Source: Nostoc sp. DedSLP01
Lineage (GTDB): Bacteria; Cyanobacteriota; Cyanobacteriia; Cyanobacteriales; Nostocaceae
Length of the DNA stretch: 64,000 bases
Direction: 5' to 3'
NCBI GenBank assembly: GCA_034530875.2
Contig: JAVRCJ020000021.1
Location: forward strand, 84,499-148,498
Shown here: piece after piece, positions 61,147-64,000 of the stretch
Position numbering within the stretch: position 1 is the stretch's first letter
Layout of the letters: the number at the start of each line of letters is the position of its first letter
Translations under genes and position numbers: made by a program
The notes under the pieces: model-generated
Database searches by the model: none
Seen by the model: the letters and a program-made list of their open reading frames with translations, nothing else
What the model was told of the DNA's origin: nothing

Positions 61147-62106
61147 ATGTTGTTAATTAGTTTATTTTTAGTGACGCTGTTTTTAGCATATTCTAATGGG
61201 GCAAATGATAATTTTAAAGCTGTAGCAACGCTTTTCGGTAGTCGGACAACTAGCTATCAAACAGCAATTTTGTGGGCAACTTTTACAACTTTTGCGGGTG
61301 CAGTTGCTGCAACTTTTTTAGCAAGTAAATTAATTAAGAATTTTTCTGGTCAAGGACTAGTGCCAAATGCGATCGCCAATACACCAGAGTTTCATTTAGC
61401 AGTGGCGATCGCTGCTGGTTTAACTGTACTCATCGCCACTTTGACGGGATTTCCTATTTCCACAACTCATAGTTTAATTGGTGCTATTGTTGGTGCCGGG
61501 TTAATAGCAGTGGGACTCAAAGTTAACTTTGCAGCTTTGCTAACTTCCTTTTTTTTGCCTTTATTATTCAGTCCTATTATCGCTATTTTATTTGCAGGAA
61601 TAATTTACAGCTTATTTAACTATATTAATTCTCAATTTCACCTAGCAATTACCCCAAAAATTGTTGATACTTGTCATTTTATCAGCGCTGGAATTGTCAG
61701 TTTTGCTAGAGGATTCAATTATACTCCCAAGATTATGTCACTCATTTTAATTATAGAGTATTTTTCAATTCAGGGAGGAACGATAACTATAGCGATCGCA
61801 ATGGCACTTGGTGGCTTACTCAACTCACAAAAAGTCGCAATAACCATAAGTGAAAAAATTACTTCAATGACTCATATTCAAGCTTTATCAGCCAATATAG
61901 TTACAGGGGTTATAATTATTTCAACTAGTCAATTTGGCTTTCCAGTTTCCACTACTCATATTTGTGTTGGTTCTATTTTTGGAGTTGGATTAATTTCCAA
62001 AAAATATAATCTACGTGTTTTCTATCAAATACTATTATCGTGGATTTTAACTTTACCTACTGCCGCAGTTATTAGTGGAATAGCCTATAGATTATTACAA
62101 GGCTAA
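61147..62106 (+). CDS. PiT-family inorganic phosphate transporter
   Basis: NGANDNFK and two P(I/V)STTH motifs. Confidence 0.9.
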   Translation: MLLISLFLVTLFLAYSNGANDNFKAVATLFGSRTTSYQTAILWATFTTFAGAVAATFLASKLIKNFSGQGLVPNAIANTPEFHLAVAIAAGLTVLIATLTGFPISTTHSLIGAIVGAGLIAVGLKVNFAALLTSFFLPLLFSPIIAILFAGIIYSLFNYINSQFHLAITPKIVDTCHFISAGIVSFARGFNYTPKIMSLILIIEYFSIQGGTITIAIAMALGGLLNSQKVAITISEKITSMTHIQALSANIVTGVIIISTSQFGFPVSTTHICVGSIFGVGLISKKYNLRVFYQILLSWILTLPTAAVISGIAYRLLQG

Positions 62107-62147
62107 AACTATGAATATATTTTGTTTACTCCAAGGAGTAGTAACTA

Positions 62148-63155
62148 ATGCAAACTCAATCATCAAATACGCTAAATACATCTATTACCTCATTCAAACA
62201 CAAACTTAATTCTCATTTAACAAAAAAAGAAATTAATGTTTTACAAATCAATCTTGGAAAGCGTTGTAATCTTGCTTGTACGCACTGTCACGTAGAAGCT
62301 AGTCCAAAACGTACAGAAGAACTTTCCCCAGAAATTTGCGAACAATTGATTTCATTAATCCATAGATTTTCGGAAATTAAGATTGTGGATTTAACTGGTG
62401 GTGCACCTGAAATGAATTATGGATTTAAACCACTGGTAGAAGCAGCAAAATTAACGGGTAAACAGGTAATTGTTCGGTCTAACTTAACCATTTATTTTGA
62501 AAATGGGTTTGGCGATCTACCAGAATACTGTGCTAAACATCAAATAAGAATTGTAGCTTCTCTTCCCTGCTACTTAGCAGATAATGTTGATAAAATGCGT
62601 GGTTCTGGTGTCTTCGATAGTTCAATCAAAGCTTTACAGTGGCTGAACAAACTCGGCTATGGTGTAGAGCCAAAGTTAATTTTGGACTTGGTATTTAATC
62701 CCCAGTTACCTCAAAGTGAAAAATTTTCTTTAGCTCCAGAACAGAGCAATCTAGAACGAGATTACAAAATATTCTTACAAGAACATTTTAATATCGTGTT
62801 TAACAATCTCTTCACCATTACCAATCTGCCAGTTGGTAGAACTAAAATGCATTTAGAACGAAGAAAACTGTATACCGCCTATTTAGAGTTTTTAGAATCG
62901 CATTTTAATCCCAACACAATTGAACATTTAATGTGCCGTGATGAACTATCAATTGATTATCTGGGCAATGTATATGATTGTGACTTTAACCAGATGATGA
63001 ATTTACCTGCGAAAACTCATAAAGGTGAAAACTTAACTATTGCCAAATTGCTCGAAGCTGGTAGTTTAGACCTGATTAGTGAAGTACAAACTGCTGCTTA
63101 TTGCTATGGTTGTACTGCTGGCTGCGGTTCTAGTTGTGGTGGTGCTTTGCTCTAA
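62148..63155 (+). CDS. arsS: Radical SAM / Cys-rich protein of arsenosugar biosynthesis
   Basis: LQINLGKRCNLACTHCHV, DLTGGAPE, YDCDFNQ and CYGCTAGCGSSCGG. Confidence 0.88.
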   Translation: MQTQSSNTLNTSITSFKHKLNSHLTKKEINVLQINLGKRCNLACTHCHVEASPKRTEELSPEICEQLISLIHRFSEIKIVDLTGGAPEMNYGFKPLVEAAKLTGKQVIVRSNLTIYFENGFGDLPEYCAKHQIRIVASLPCYLADNVDKMRGSGVFDSSIKALQWLNKLGYGVEPKLILDLVFNPQLPQSEKFSLAPEQSNLERDYKIFLQEHFNIVFNNLFTITNLPVGRTKMHLERRKLYTAYLEFLESHFNPNTIEHLMCRDELSIDYLGNVYDCDFNQMMNLPAKTHKGENLTIAKLLEAGSLDLISEVQTAAYCYGCTAGCGSSCGGALL

Positions 63156-63274
63156 ATCAAATAAAAACATCACGTAATTATAAATTACGGCTACTTCAAG
63201 TCATCAAAGGACAATTTTGTTACAAATTACATTCGGTATGTATCACATTACTCTGATGGGTTTATGATAATAAT

Positions 63275-63346
63275 TACTTAAGTCTCCTTACACCACACTA
63301 AAAAGCCGTGGAATTATCTAAATTTCCACGGCCTTTACTTTTTTTA
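63275..63346 (+). ncRNA. Candidate Yfr1-like small RNA
   Basis: CTCCTTACACCACACT, then a 9-bp stem GCCGTGGAA/TTCCACGGC and a T run, preceded by TGATAAT. Confidence 0.35.
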
Positions 63347-63407
63347 AATCTAAATTTAGTATTTATAGTCACAGTGGTAGATCGAAATACTAAACACAGA
63401 TAAACAA

Positions 63408-63443
63408 AAACCCCCAAGCAAATTGAAGAAGGCAAGGGGGTTT
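63408..63443 (-). terminator. rRNA operon terminator
   Basis: AAACCCCC...GGGGGTTT stem just downstream of 5S on the minus strand. Confidence 0.55.
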
Positions 63444-63459
63444 AAGTTGGAAAAATTAA

Positions 63460-63577
63460 CCTGGCATCGAGCTATTTTAGCGTAGGGCAACCCCTAAACT
63501 ATCGTTGCCGCAGCAGCGTTTCACCTCTGAGTTCGGGAAGGTTTCAGTGTGGTTCCACCGCGCAATAGACACCAGGA
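63460..63577 (-). rRNA. rrf: 5S rRNA
   Basis: Reverse complement reads TCCTGGTGTC...CCGAACTCAGAGGTGAAAC...GATGCCAGG, 118 nt with paired ends. Confidence 0.97.
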
Positions 63578-63687
63578 AAGAATTCAAAATTCAAAATTCA
63601 AAATTCAAAAAAGAATTAAGAATTTTCAATTCGAGGGTTCAAAACCCTGAAGACTGCAAGGAATGCGAAATTGCCAAATTATTGTAG

Positions 63688-64000
<313 letters not shown>

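Noticed and set aside
63505..63687. 60-aa ORF
   Set aside because: Antisense to 5S rRNA and the spacer repeats.

Overview
Chromosomal segment of a heterocyst-forming (Nostocales-type) cyanobacterium. This call rests on dense HIP1 octamers (GCGATCGC), heptamer STRR repeats, a split-intein dnaE-C, ftrV and the 3' end of an rRNA operon (23S end plus 5S, minus strand). Housekeeping genes (gatA, mutL, purA, rplY, dps, kptA) alternate with accessory genes and many small dispersed or MITE-like repeats. Most notable: (1) at 1-12.6 kb, an operon of a sigma-70-like factor, a DUF1822-like protein, a CHAT protease-CHASE2 membrane receptor and DUF928 sits beside a TPR-CHAT protease and two unrelated secreted-protein genes that share a 39-bp upstream motif (36/39 identical), suggesting a protease-gated sigma-factor signalling circuit with local target promoters; (2) an orphan one-spacer CRISPR mini-array with a leader and a third spacer-less degenerate repeat runs into two unknown overlapping ORFs, bracketed by a 15-bp direct repeat; (3) a 10 x 21-bp tandem array lies upstream of a small conserved-looking gene; (4) an arsM-PiT-arsS arsenosugar cluster, an ethylene-receptor-like kinase, a Yfr1-like sRNA candidate and several repeat-driven gene lesions. 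All family assignments come from motif recognition by eye; no database searches were run.
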